Shown: one piece after another, positions 37,217 through 46,866 of the stretch
Layout: each line of letters starts with the position of its first letter
Position numbering within the stretch: the first letter of the stretch is position 1
DNA from: an uncultured Acidobacteriaceae bacterium
GTDB taxonomy: Bacteria > Acidobacteriota > Terriglobia > Terriglobales > Acidobacteriaceae
Direction of reading: 5' to 3'
DNA length: 64,000 nt
Assembly: GCA_963737665.1 (NCBI GenBank)
Contig: CAVTTW010000017.1
Location: 161,759 to 225,758 of the forward strand
Notes under the pieces: model-generated
Databases searched by the model: none
What the model was told of the DNA's origin: nothing
The model's input: only the letters and a program-made list of their open reading frames with translations
Made by a program: the position numbers and the translations under genes

Positions 37217-38071
37217 TCAGTGCATCTCGGTCTTGTAGCGATGACGGTGTTTGTACACGTAATGCCCCACCAGCCAGCCGGCGGCGCTGCCGACGACGAT
37301 GTCTGAGGGAAAGTGCTGCTGGCCGGCGAGGCGGGTAAAGCTGACGCCGGCGGCCCCGGTATAAACGAGGATCCGTGTCCAGGGATTGTGGTATTCGCTG
37401 CCGATGACAGCGGCGGCAGACCACGCCAGCACGCTGTGCGAAGAGGGAAAGGAAGAATCGATCCCCGCGCTCGATTGGAAAAACTTTCCCCGGCCCTGGT
37501 CCTGATAGGGCCGCTCGCGCCAGAAGATCAGCTTCATGCCCTGTTCCACAACAACCCCGTCGAGCAGCGCTTCGGCGCCCAGCAGGCCGGTTTCGCGGGC
37601 GTGCTCATTGCCGCGGAAGTGTCCGTCCGCATAGAGGAGCACGGGGGCGGCGATGTAGCCGCCGATCAGGATATTGGAGGCATTGGTGCTGGAATTATTC
37701 AGGCCGGGATCGTGCGAGACCACGTCCTGCAGGGTTCGGCGGTCGGTGACGATGGCCGCGCCTGTAACCAGGGCGAGCGGCACGGCCCATTTGAGGTCGC
37801 CGGCATGGATGTGGAGAGGACTTGTCCAGATCGCTTTCTGATCTTCGAGGACGTCGCGCGGGGTGTTGCGGATGGTGACAGTATCATCCGGGTTTGAAGT
37901 CCGCACCGGCGGAGCATCGGGCAGGGCAGACAAATCTGTATGGGGAGTTACCTCGGCCAGAACCGGGGCGGAAACGATCGCCGGCATCGACAACAGGAGG
38001 AAGTAGGGAAGGCAAATGGAGGACCTGGATAGTTTGCGCACAAGTCCTTTAGATGATGGATCCCACACCAA
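37217..38071 (-). CDS. PAP2-family phosphatase (start uncertain)
   Basis: KLIFWRERP, SFPSSH and TRLAGQQHFPSD motifs. Confidence 0.85.
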   Translation of the reverse strand: MVWDPSSKGLVRKLSRSSICLPYFLLLSMPAIVSAPVLAEVTPHTDLSALPDAPPVRTSNPDDTVTIRNTPRDVLEDQKAIWTSPLHIHAGDLKWAVPLALVTGAAIVTDRRTLQDVVSHDPGLNNSSTNASNILIGGYIAAPVLLYADGHFRGNEHARETGLLGAEALLDGVVVEQGMKLIFWRERPYQDQGRGKFFQSSAGIDSSFPSSHSVLAWSAAAVIGSEYHNPWTRILVYTGAAGVSFTRLAGQQHFPSDIVVGSAAGWLVGHYVYKHRHRYKTEMH

Positions 38072-38095
38072 TACCGATCAGCCTTCATCTGGCGT

Positions 38096-38614
38096 TCATT
38101 TTGTCTCTTCGGCTAGATATATCTTGGTGTAGTCCAAGTAATTTTGAGCATACTCGAGGATGAGAGCACGGTCTTGATCGCCCAGTTCCCTACGCAGTTT
38201 CGCTGGCACACCGGCCCAGAGGGTACGGGGCGGAACCACGGAATGCTCGGGAAGTACGGCTCCGGCGGCGATGATCGATCCTTCGCCAATGCGGCAGTCA
38301 TTGAGAATCGTCACACCCATGCCGATGAGGACCGCGTCTTCCACCGTGCAGCCGTGAACGGTGGCATTGTGGCCGATGGTGACCCAGTCGCCGACGGTTA
38401 CCGCGTAAAGGTTGCGCTGGCCGTGGAGGACGGCGCAGTCCTGCACGTTGGAGTTGGCGCCGACACGGATGGAATTGACGTCACCTCGCAGCACTGCATT
38501 CATCCAGACGGAGGAGTGGTCACCGAGAGTCACGTCGCCGAGTACCTGGGCGGATTGATCAATGTAGCAAGTGGCGGGAATCACGGGCAGACGCCCCAGG
38601 TAACTGCGGATCAT
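38096..38614 (-). CDS. Gamma-carbonic anhydrase family (YrdA-like) hexapeptide-repeat protein
   Basis: LRGDVNSIRVG, SNVQD, VLH and TIGHNATVHGC. Confidence 0.92.
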   Translation of the reverse strand: MIRSYLGRLPVIPATCYIDQSAQVLGDVTLGDHSSVWMNAVLRGDVNSIRVGANSNVQDCAVLHGQRNLYAVTVGDWVTIGHNATVHGCTVEDAVLIGMGVTILNDCRIGEGSIIAAGAVLPEHSVVPPRTLWAGVPAKLRRELGDQDRALILEYAQNYLDYTKIYLAEETK

Positions 38615-38828
38615 CGAGACCTCACGGAGAGATTTTACGCGAGCCGGGTTTGGAAGCGAATCGAGAGGGACTTAGAGGATTTTCCTCTCAGGACATGGAA
38701 GTTCGATATGTCTACTCACGGGAAAGCGAGTCCCGCTGTTATGTCGATCCGCGACGCACGATTGGCTCAGTAACAAAGTTTTTTGGTATCATGGGAAAGC
38801 CCCTTGGCAGGTTTGGAGGTGGGATTTT

Positions 38829-39026
38829 TTGGCAGAGGTTCGCGTTCAGGAAGGCGAGCCGCTCGAGAATGCGCTGCGCCGGTTCAAGCGAAAGGTACAG
38901 CAGGAGGACATCATCAAGGAAGTCAAGCGTCACTCCTACTATCTGAAGCCCGGTGAAAAGCGTCGCGTCAAGGCAGCTTTGGCGCGCAAGCGGAATCGCA
39001 AGAAGGCTCGTAAAGAGCAGGACTAA
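38829..39026 (+). CDS. rpsU: 30S ribosomal protein S21
   Basis: EPLENALRRFKRKV..YYLKPGEKRR; TTG start behind GGAGGT. Confidence 0.96.
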   Translation: MAEVRVQEGEPLENALRRFKRKVQQEDIIKEVKRHSYYLKPGEKRRVKAALARKRNRKKARKEQD

Positions 39027-39032
39027 AGCAGT

Positions 39033-39078
39033 CCACGGGGAGTGTTTCCTCGCCGGAATCATTCCCGTGGCGTTTTCT
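39033..39078 (+). terminator. Probable intrinsic terminator of rpsU
   Basis: CCACGGGGAGTG...CATTCCCGTGG stem followed by TTTTCT. Confidence 0.6.
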
Positions 39079-39525
39079 CTCACCCAGGTGTCATGACTTC
39101 ATGGCGCCTGGGATCCCAAGGAGAGCAATCAGCCACTGGACGATTTTGGGTTTCAGGTATAGGTTCTTTGAGTTGTAGTAAAGAATGGACCTTTCCATCA
39201 GGCGACGGTCGGGTCGTTTGCAGAAAGAAGCCATTTTGCATCACCCGTCTTGAGTCACACACCGCATTTCCCCGCCTCTCCAGGTGCAGCAGCTTACGGA
39301 GTGCGGACGGAGTGGAGATTCAGGATGGAAGATTCATTTAGCACCGTCGCGTGACAGGTGCTGCAGCGCCTCAGTCTTTCAGGACAGGAAAGACACGCTT
39401 AGCCGCCAAATCTTACGCGGCCCGGGCCCTTGTTGTGGAACGACGTACGAGGACAGGGAAACGGGAGCGGCGCATTCAGACTTATGGCCGATTCATCTAT
39501 TTCCCTGCGTTTGGGGAAGCCGGCC

Positions 39526-39852
39526 ATGGAATTCAACGACAGAGTACTGAAGTGTATTGATTGCGGCTCCGAATTCATTTTCACCGCGGGCGAGCAGCTC
39601 TTCTTTCACGATAAGGACTTCAAGAACGACCCGAAGCGCTGCAAGCAGTGTAAAGCCAAGCGCGCGACGGGAGGTGTGCGGGTAAGAACCGAGACGCGGA
39701 CCACGTGTTCGGCCTGCGGGGCGGAGACGACCGTTCCATTCCGTCCGACGCAGGGGCGTCCCGTTCTTTGCCGCTCGTGCTTTCAAAAGAATCAGCTTGC
39801 TCCGGTCCCTCCGCCTACGCCCTCCACGGGCGCTACGCCAACGCCGAGCTGA
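39526..39852 (+). CDS. Zinc-ribbon / CxxC-x17-CxxC domain protein
   Basis: LKCIDCG.EFIFTAGEQ.FF, PKRCKQC and CSACG..VPFRP..RPVLCRSCF. Confidence 0.9.
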   Translation: MEFNDRVLKCIDCGSEFIFTAGEQLFFHDKDFKNDPKRCKQCKAKRATGGVRVRTETRTTCSACGAETTVPFRPTQGRPVLCRSCFQKNQLAPVPPPTPSTGATPTPS

Positions 39853-40330
39853 ACAGCAGATCGCCCTTGAAAGGGGCGGGAAATCCTGCCTGCCGCAGCA
39901 GGGTCGCGAGCTGCGCCCAGTGACGGTGGCTGTGAAAAAGCATGTGCCCCGCAACCTTGCGCCTGGATAGGCTGCGCGCGTCGGCAGGGATCGATGGGAT
40001 GTCGAGCAGGTAAATCTCTTCCCAGCGGTCTGGTGAATCGTTGAACAGGGGCCGCAGCACTGCGTCGGCCTTGCGATGCAGATCGTACAGCGCCGGAAGC
40101 GGACCGGCCGGCAGATCTTCGCGCGCGATCACAGGGACACCGGCGAGGCGCTGGGCCCAGCGCAGTTCGGCTCCCCAGATGTGGCGGACCAATTCCTGGA
40201 CATTGACGGCTCCGCCGATGCCGCAGGGCAGATCCAGCAGGGCCGGGTTGGATTCCAAATGGCTCTTCCAGAAGGCAGCGGCTTCGCCGTTCCAAACCAC
40301 GAGTTCTTCCAGAGTGATGGCGGCGCTCAT
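39833..40330 (-). CDS. DinB-family protein
   Basis: RHIWGAE and HMLFHSHRHWAQLATLLRQ histidine pattern. Confidence 0.8.
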   Translation of the reverse strand: MSAAITLEELVVWNGEAAAFWKSHLESNPALLDLPCGIGGAVNVQELVRHIWGAELRWAQRLAGVPVIAREDLPAGPLPALYDLHRKADAVLRPLFNDSPDRWEEIYLLDIPSIPADARSLSRRKVAGHMLFHSHRHWAQLATLLRQAGFPAPFKGDLLFSSALA

Positions 40331-41604
40331 GTGGTCCTCTTCAGGGCGCGATGCCCGATATCGCGCCGATAGTACATTCCCTCGAAGTGAATCTCCGCCA
40401 TCGCCTGATAAGCCCGGTCCAGAGCTTCCTGGAAGGTAGAGGCCGCGGCAGTGACGCCCAGGACGCGCCCCCCGGCAGTCACCAACTGTCCATTGAGCAA
40501 AGCCGATCCGGAATGAAACACCTGCACGCCGGGGATGCGCGCAGCATCTTCAAGACCGGTGATGGGAAAGCCGGTGGTATAGGGGCCGGGATACCCGGAA
40601 GAACTGGCGATCACACAGGCCGAGGCGCCGGAGTTGAAGGTAAGTTCGGTATCGGAAAGGCGGCCGTCGATGCAGGCTTCCAGCGCTTCAACCAGATCGC
40701 TCTCCAGCCGCATGAGGATGGCCTGGGTCTCCGGGTCGCCGAAGCGGACGTTGAACTCAAGCACCTGCGGCCCGCGCGCGGTCATCATCAAGCCGATGTA
40801 GAGAACGCCGGAGAAGGGGGTCTCTTCCGCGGCCATGCCGTCGACGGCAGGCTGGGCGATATGGTGCAGAATCCACTCGGTCATTCCGGATTCAAGCAGG
40901 GTGTCGGTGGAGTACACACCCATGCCGCCGGTGTTGGGGCCGGTATCTCCCTCGCCGATGCGCTTGTGATCCTGCGCGGGAACAAGCGGGGCCACGTGCT
41001 TGCCGTCGGTGAGGCACAGGAAGCTGATCTCGTCGCCTTCAAGAAACTCCTCGATGACGACCTGCTGCTCTTTTTCCCCCAGCAGCGTGCCCGCGAACAG
41101 GCTTTCGGCGGCCTCGACCGCGGTCTGTCGGGATTGGCAGATGAGGACGCCTTTGCCGGCGGCGAGGCCATCGGCCTTGACGACGATCGGGGGATGGAAG
41201 ATGTCGATGGCTTTTTCCAGTTCCTCCGGGCTCGTGCAGACCGCGTAGTTTGCCGTGGGGATATTGTGCCGCTGCAGGAAGCGCTTGGCGAAGCCTTTGC
41301 TGGTTTCGAGCGTGGCGGCCTCGCGCGTGGGTCCGAAGACACGAAATCCGCGCTCCTGCAACGCGTCGACGATGCCGAGGGATAGGGGGAGTTCGGGCCC
41401 CACGACGGTGAGGCCGGGCTGCTCGGCTTCGACGACGGCCACCATGGAGGCAAGGTCTTTCATGTCCACGGGGACACAGCGGGCAAGCTGTGCAATTCCG
41501 CCGTTGCCGGGCGCGCATACCAGTTCTGTGACTCGCTCACTGCGACCTACCGCCCAGGCCAGCGCGTGTTCGCGGCCCCCGGAACCAAGGATCAAGACCT
41601 TCAT
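40327..41604 (-). CDS. purD: Phosphoribosylamine--glycine ligase
   Basis: GSGGREHAL, KADGLAAGKGV, QDHKR, GPNTGGMG and EFNVRFGDPE. Confidence 0.98.
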   Translation of the reverse strand: MKVLILGSGGREHALAWAVGRSERVTELVCAPGNGGIAQLARCVPVDMKDLASMVAVVEAEQPGLTVVGPELPLSLGIVDALQERGFRVFGPTREAATLETSKGFAKRFLQRHNIPTANYAVCTSPEELEKAIDIFHPPIVVKADGLAAGKGVLICQSRQTAVEAAESLFAGTLLGEKEQQVVIEEFLEGDEISFLCLTDGKHVAPLVPAQDHKRIGEGDTGPNTGGMGVYSTDTLLESGMTEWILHHIAQPAVDGMAAEETPFSGVLYIGLMMTARGPQVLEFNVRFGDPETQAILMRLESDLVEALEACIDGRLSDTELTFNSGASACVIASSSGYPGPYTTGFPITGLEDAARIPGVQVFHSGSALLNGQLVTAGGRVLGVTAAASTFQEALDRAYQAMAEIHFEGMYYRRDIGHRALKRTT

Positions 41605-41769
41605 CGCATCGCCTCTCGCCGCCCCGTGCATTTCCAAGGCCTCGACAGGTTATGGTCGGCAATCGAGCCGCGCCAAGTCAAACCCGATCGCATCGAGCAA
41701 CCGAGTGCGGTCTCGTATTCACGGGGCGCGGAGGCACGGCGGCGTGACGAAAGGGAGCAGCCATCATGC

Positions 41770-42168
41770 TCACGGAGCCAGCAGCACGTCGAAGGTCGCG
41801 TGGCAACGCAGGCTGGGCTTGAACTCCACCGTCTTTTCGTCATCGCCCTTGCTCACGTGAATGTACATTGGCTTCTTCAGGGCATCCGGAAGTTTATCAA
41901 TCGTGACCTTGCCATCGCTTCCCGTGTAGGCTTCAAGATCCAGCTTTTTCACGCCCAGCATTCCGTACTGGATTCGCGTAGTTATCTTTGCCGCATACAC
42001 CGGTTTGGAGTCGCGGCCCGTTACGGTGATGAGCGCGGAGCAACTGCCAAGATCGGCGGATATTTCAGCGGACGGAGGAGGCCCCGGGCTGTTCTGGGCT
42101 GGGGAAGCGACGGCAATGGATAGCAGACTGCTGGACGCGAAAACGGCGCAAACGCAGATGAGACGCAT
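41770..42168 (-). CDS. Secreted hypothetical protein (beta-sandwich-like)
   Basis: Signal peptide; beta-rich body with two Cys. Confidence 0.6.
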   Translation of the reverse strand: MRLICVCAVFASSSLLSIAVASPAQNSPGPPPSAEISADLGSCSALITVTGRDSKPVYAAKITTRIQYGMLGVKKLDLEAYTGSDGKVTIDKLPDALKKPMYIHVSKGDDEKTVEFKPSLRCHATFDVLLAP

Positions 42169-42269
42169 GGTTGAGTCCACCTATGTAAGTAAGATACCGG
42201 AGCTCAGCGGTGGGCGCCGCGGTTTTGGATCGGCGAGTTTTAGAAGCATGGGCAGTGCCGGGCCGTGTG

Positions 42270-42314
42270 CTGGCACCAGGAGTTAGTGAGACTCTGGCAC
42301 TTTACTGAGACCAG
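42270..42314 (+). promoter_or_regulatory. Tripartite MocR-type operator, copy 1 (upstream of the PepSY gene)
   Basis: CTGG at 42270; CTGGCACTTTACTGAGACCAG at 42294-42314, 18/21 identical to the other two copies. Confidence 0.75.
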
Positions 42315-42340
42315 ACCGTGAGTCAACATAAAGTGGCGCG

Positions 42341-43567
42341 ATGCTGAAGCTGAGGAAGACTCCGTCTGCAAAGACTCCGTTGGACGCCCGAAAGCGCGGG
42401 GCGATCGACGAGTTGTGGTCGCTGTGTCTCGACCGGCCGCGCCAGCTCTTTATCCGGCGCGCACTCTTCCAGGTGCATCTTTTCTGCGGCCTTTTGATCG
42501 GGCTCTTCTTTGTCGTGATGGGCCTGAGCGGAAGTGCGATCGTCTTCAAAGACCAGGCAGACGTGCTTCTGAATCCGGGCCTGCTCGGCGCGAAGGCAAC
42601 TTCGCAACCCGTGGATGCCGACCGAATGCTCGCGCTCGCACAGCAGGTGCATCCCGGCTGGCATTCCCTGCTGCTGGACACGGGAACGCAACCATCGTGG
42701 GCGTTTTATCTCTCTCCCACGGACTGGTCGGATAGCGCGCAGGTAAGGGCGGTCTATGTCGATCCGGCCGACGGCCATGTTCTCGGACAGCGCGGATTGC
42801 GCCAGGGGGTGATGAACTGGCTCATGCAGTTTCATACCAGCCTGTTTGCGGGTGGACGCGCTCCTGTTGTTCTGGCGGTTCTCGCCTCTCTGCTCATCGT
42901 GATGGTGGTGACAGGGCTAGCCATCTGGTGGCCGGGGCGGAAGCATTGGCGTTCCCGCCTTCGCATCAGCTCAGGCGCACGCTGGCCGCGAAAGATCTGG
43001 GATGTTCACAACGTTGTGGGATTCTTTTCCAGCTTCTCCCTTGCGATGCAGGCTCTGACTGCAATCACTCTGGTGTTGCCGGCTGTCGTGGTTCCCGTCG
43101 TGCTGTTCCCTGCACCGGCAATCCGGCAGGAGATCGATCAGTTTCAAAATCCCCCTCGATCCGTATCCCGTGCAACAACGGGGCCGATCCCGTCTCTAAC
43201 TACGATGATCAAGAGAAGTCTTTCCAGGCATCCGGGAACACGCCTTGAATCGGTGGCTTTTCCGATCGCGTCTGACGATCCGGTGGTGGTGACCCTGGGC
43301 GGAGAGCATTTCGATGATCGAGGGGAGCAGGTTCAGCTGGCATTCGACGGCAACGATGGACGTCTGCTCTCCGACTTTGATACCGACCAGCACTCTCTCG
43401 CATTACAGGCTTTCGTGCTGGTGGGTCCATGGCACTACGGCCATATCGCCGGAGTGCTTTCGCGCCTGCTTTGGATAGCTCTAGGACTCTGCCCATGTAT
43501 CCTTTTCTTCACCGCTGCGCTCATGTGGTGGAACCGAGTGCTTTCCAAAGCTCTCATATCGCGGTGA
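42341..43567 (+). CDS. PepSY-associated TM helix protein (FoxB/PiuB-like)
   Basis: VHLFCGL..MGLSGS, VYVDP..G.VLG, QFHTSL, TGLAIWWP, DVHNVVG and WHYG. Confidence 0.88.
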   Translation: MLKLRKTPSAKTPLDARKRGAIDELWSLCLDRPRQLFIRRALFQVHLFCGLLIGLFFVVMGLSGSAIVFKDQADVLLNPGLLGAKATSQPVDADRMLALAQQVHPGWHSLLLDTGTQPSWAFYLSPTDWSDSAQVRAVYVDPADGHVLGQRGLRQGVMNWLMQFHTSLFAGGRAPVVLAVLASLLIVMVVTGLAIWWPGRKHWRSRLRISSGARWPRKIWDVHNVVGFFSSFSLAMQALTAITLVLPAVVVPVVLFPAPAIRQEIDQFQNPPRSVSRATTGPIPSLTTMIKRSLSRHPGTRLESVAFPIASDDPVVVTLGGEHFDDRGEQVQLAFDGNDGRLLSDFDTDQHSLALQAFVLVGPWHYGHIAGVLSRLLWIALGLCPCILFFTAALMWWNRVLSKALISR

Positions 43568-45222
43568 CCGCAGGAGGCCGGGGAGTGCACGCAGAAACGG
43601 TATTGATCAACGGGAAGTTCTGGACATGCAATCCCGCCCAACCCGAAGCGGAGGCGGTTGCCATCGTCAGGAACCGCATTGCCGCTGTCGGCGCCGAAAC
43701 CGATATTCGAGACCTTGCCGGCCCCGCGACGCGCATTCTGGACCTCGGAGGAAGACGGGTCGTGCCCGGGTTCAACGATGCCCATGTGCATTTCTACATG
43801 GGCGGAGACAGCCTGGCGAGCGTGAACCTTCGCCCGGCACGCTCCCAGGCGGAGTTTCGCGCCATCATTGCGGACTTCGCGCAGGCCCGGCAGCCCGGCG
43901 AATGGATTCTGAACGGCAGTTGGAACGACCAGAACTGGGATCCGCCGGTGTTGCCGACGCATCAACTTATCGATGACGTCACCGCGCAGAACCCGGTCTT
44001 CGTGCACCGTTCCGACGGACACATGAGCCTCGCCAATGCACTGGCTATGCAGATGGCCGGCGTCGACAAGCACACCGCCGATGTTCCCGGGGGAGAGATT
44101 ATTCGCGACGCGCACGGCAATCCTACCGGCGTCTTCAAAGACAAGGCGAAGGCGTTGATCGACGGGCTGATCCCGCCTCCCACGCAGCAGCACATTCTCG
44201 AAAGCCTGTTGGCGGCACAGGACCATGCGATCGCACACGGCGTCACCAGCATTCAGGATATGGGGGTGCTGGGAAAGCGCGGCGGCGCGATCATGACGGA
44301 CGTGCTGCGCGCCTACCAGGTTCTGATGCATGAAAACCGGCTGCTGGTACGTGTGTCGGGCCATCTGCCGCTGCCCGAGTGGAAGCGTCTGGCTGAGGCT
44401 GGTGTCACCGCAGGTTTCGGCAACGACAAGCTGCGCATCGGGGCAGTGAAGAGCTTTTCAGATGGCTCGCTCGGCTCTACGACGGCATGGTTCTTTGCGC
44501 CTTATACAGACGCGCCCCACACCACGGGCCTGCCCAGCGATGAGATGGTCGATGCTGAGACCATGTACCGGAATTTAGTCGATGCCGACCATGCCGGACT
44601 TCAGCTCGCGGTGCATGCGATCGGCGACCGCGCCAACCATGAGGTCCTGGACATGATGCGGCGGCTTGCCCGGGAGAGCGGAGTGCGCGACCGGCGCTGG
44701 CGCATCGAACATGCGCAGCACCTGATCGCAGAGGATTTCCGGCGATTCGCAGAACTGGGGGTGATCGCCTCGGTTCAGCCGCATCATGCCATCGACGATG
44801 GACCGTGGGCGCAGCGCCGCATTGGCCCGGACCGCGTGCGGCGCGCCTTCGCGTACCGGTCCATGCTCGACGCGGGAGCGAAACTGGCGCTTGGATCGGA
44901 TTGGTGGGTCGCGCCCATCAACCCGCTGCTGACCATCCATGCCGCGGCCACTCGTCGATTGCCGGGCGATACCGAAGGCAGCGGCTGGATTCCGGAGCAG
45001 CGCATTACCGTCGAAGAAGCGGTGCATGCCTATACCGTGGGCTCGGCCTACGCGTCGGGCGAAGAGGATGTCAAGGGCTCGATCGAGACCGGCAAGCTGG
45101 CGGATTTTGCCGTGCTCTCTGCTGACATCTTCAACATACCGCTCGAGCAGATCCGCACCACAAACGTATTCATGACCATCTTCGATGGAAGGCCCGTATT
45201 CAGCCGGCAAGCCGGCGCGTAG
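43564..45222 (+). CDS. Amidohydrolase_3 (YtcJ / N-substituted formamide deformylase-like), no signal peptide
   Basis: PGFNDAHVH, KSFSDGSLG, HAIGD, RIEHAQ and GSDW; GTGA overlap with the PepSY stop codon. Confidence 0.9.
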   Translation: MTAGGRGVHAETVLINGKFWTCNPAQPEAEAVAIVRNRIAAVGAETDIRDLAGPATRILDLGGRRVVPGFNDAHVHFYMGGDSLASVNLRPARSQAEFRAIIADFAQARQPGEWILNGSWNDQNWDPPVLPTHQLIDDVTAQNPVFVHRSDGHMSLANALAMQMAGVDKHTADVPGGEIIRDAHGNPTGVFKDKAKALIDGLIPPPTQQHILESLLAAQDHAIAHGVTSIQDMGVLGKRGGAIMTDVLRAYQVLMHENRLLVRVSGHLPLPEWKRLAEAGVTAGFGNDKLRIGAVKSFSDGSLGSTTAWFFAPYTDAPHTTGLPSDEMVDAETMYRNLVDADHAGLQLAVHAIGDRANHEVLDMMRRLARESGVRDRRWRIEHAQHLIAEDFRRFAELGVIASVQPHHAIDDGPWAQRRIGPDRVRRAFAYRSMLDAGAKLALGSDWWVAPINPLLTIHAAATRRLPGDTEGSGWIPEQRITVEEAVHAYTVGSAYASGEEDVKGSIETGKLADFAVLSADIFNIPLEQIRTTNVFMTIFDGRPVFSRQAGA

Positions 45223-45368
45223 GCCCCGCGCTTCGCGGTGGGTTAGCTCCAGACATGAACCGACTCGCAATTCCATCTGACGGCGCTGGCCTCAACATCG
45301 ATGTCATGTTTTGCGGTATCTTGGGTCCAGAGGCATGAAGGTACACAACCTCCAAAGGAGTTCAGCCC

Positions 45369-46832
45369 ATGCGAACTTCCGCGGCCATCTGGCTCGACCG
45401 CGCCAGCGCCCAATCGCTTCAAAATCAGGTGGCGCGCCATATGAAGGACCTGATTCAGAACGGGCAGTTGCAGGTAGGCGAGCCCCTGCCCTCGTCTCGC
45501 GAGCTAGCCGAACAGCTCAAGGTCTCGCGCAATACCGTGGTCTACGCCTACGACCAGTTGATGAGCGAAGGCTACCTGGAGACGAAAGAACGGTCTGGCG
45601 TATTTGTCAGTTCTTCCATCGCCGCCATGTCCTCACCGCACCTGGGACAGCGCAAAGCTCCGCCAGTGAGCCGCAGAGTTCAGGCGCTGCAGCCAGCGTC
45701 ACTGCGGGTACCGTCACCGTTTCGACCTTGCCAGCCGGATGCCACACTGTTCCCGTTGAAGATCTGGAATCGTCTGCGCAGCCATGCGCTGCGCAAGGAA
45801 GGCACGTTGCTGCTTCACTACCAGGAGAGTTGCCGGCTTGGGCTGCCTGCCCTCCGCCAGGTTCTGGCGTCGTACCTGCGTGAAAATCGAGGGGTCAAAT
45901 GTGATTGGCGCCAGATCGCCATCACGACAGGCTCACAGCAGGCTTTGTTTCTTCTTTCTCATCTTCTGCTGCGACACGGCGATCATGTCTACATGGAAGA
46001 CCCCGGATATCCCGGCGCGCAGGCTGCCTGGGCGGACGCCGGCGCCACAGTGCATCCGGGGAAGTTGGACAGGGAAGGCCTGCGTCTCCCCCGGCAGGAT
46101 GAGAAACGGTATGTGTTGATTTACACCACGCCGTCGCGCCAGTTTCCAACCGGTGTGTGCCTGGCATTGCCTCGCCGCCTCGCCCTTTTGTCCTACGCAT
46201 CCAAGCACTCGACCTGGATCATCGAGGATGATTACGACGCGGAATTCCGCTACACGGCGCCGCCGCTTCCGAGCCTGCAAAGCCTCGATCGGGCGGGGCG
46301 CGTGATCTACGTGGGAACCTTCAGCAAGGTGCTGTGCCCGTCGCTTCGGCTCGGTTATGTCGTCCTGCCGCCGGAGTTAGTTGAAGACTTTGAACGGAGG
46401 CGGGCACTGATGGATGACCACGGGCCTTTGATCGATCAGGCGGCGCTTGCGGCTCTCATCGAGAGCGGCACATTCCATTCCCATATCCGGCGCTGCCGCC
46501 GCGTTTACGCAGAGCGACAAACAACCTTTCTCAATCATGTCCGCAAGACCGGGATGCCCTTCGAATTCGACTACACCGACGGCGGCATGAACCTGACCGG
46601 GTTGTTGCAGGCAGGCGCCAATGACAAGAGATGGTCCGTCCGCTGCCAGGCGCTGGGGCTGGATGTACCGCCGCTGTCTCGCTTTGCGCTGCAGTCAACG
46701 CGGCCAGGCCTGGTCTTCGGCTTTACCGCATTTCAGCCTCGGGAGATAGAGCGCTGCCTCGACAAGATTGCCCGATTGGCTGGGCGAACCAAATCACGAG
46801 CCGGGCATGTTGCAGAACCACGCGTGCATTAA
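45369..46832 (+). CDS. MocR/GabR-family regulator (GntR wHTH + PLP aminotransferase domain)
   Basis: LPSSRELAEQLKVSRNTV..AYDQL..EGYL; IIEDDYDAEF; GTFSK. Confidence 0.95.
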   Translation: MRTSAAIWLDRASAQSLQNQVARHMKDLIQNGQLQVGEPLPSSRELAEQLKVSRNTVVYAYDQLMSEGYLETKERSGVFVSSSIAAMSSPHLGQRKAPPVSRRVQALQPASLRVPSPFRPCQPDATLFPLKIWNRLRSHALRKEGTLLLHYQESCRLGLPALRQVLASYLRENRGVKCDWRQIAITTGSQQALFLLSHLLLRHGDHVYMEDPGYPGAQAAWADAGATVHPGKLDREGLRLPRQDEKRYVLIYTTPSRQFPTGVCLALPRRLALLSYASKHSTWIIEDDYDAEFRYTAPPLPSLQSLDRAGRVIYVGTFSKVLCPSLRLGYVVLPPELVEDFERRRALMDDHGPLIDQAALAALIESGTFHSHIRRCRRVYAERQTTFLNHVRKTGMPFEFDYTDGGMNLTGLLQAGANDKRWSVRCQALGLDVPPLSRFALQSTRPGLVFGFTAFQPREIERCLDKIARLAGRTKSRAGHVAEPRVH

Positions 46833-46866
46833 GTCCAAGCGCTGAAGACACGGCCGGTCGTGAGCC

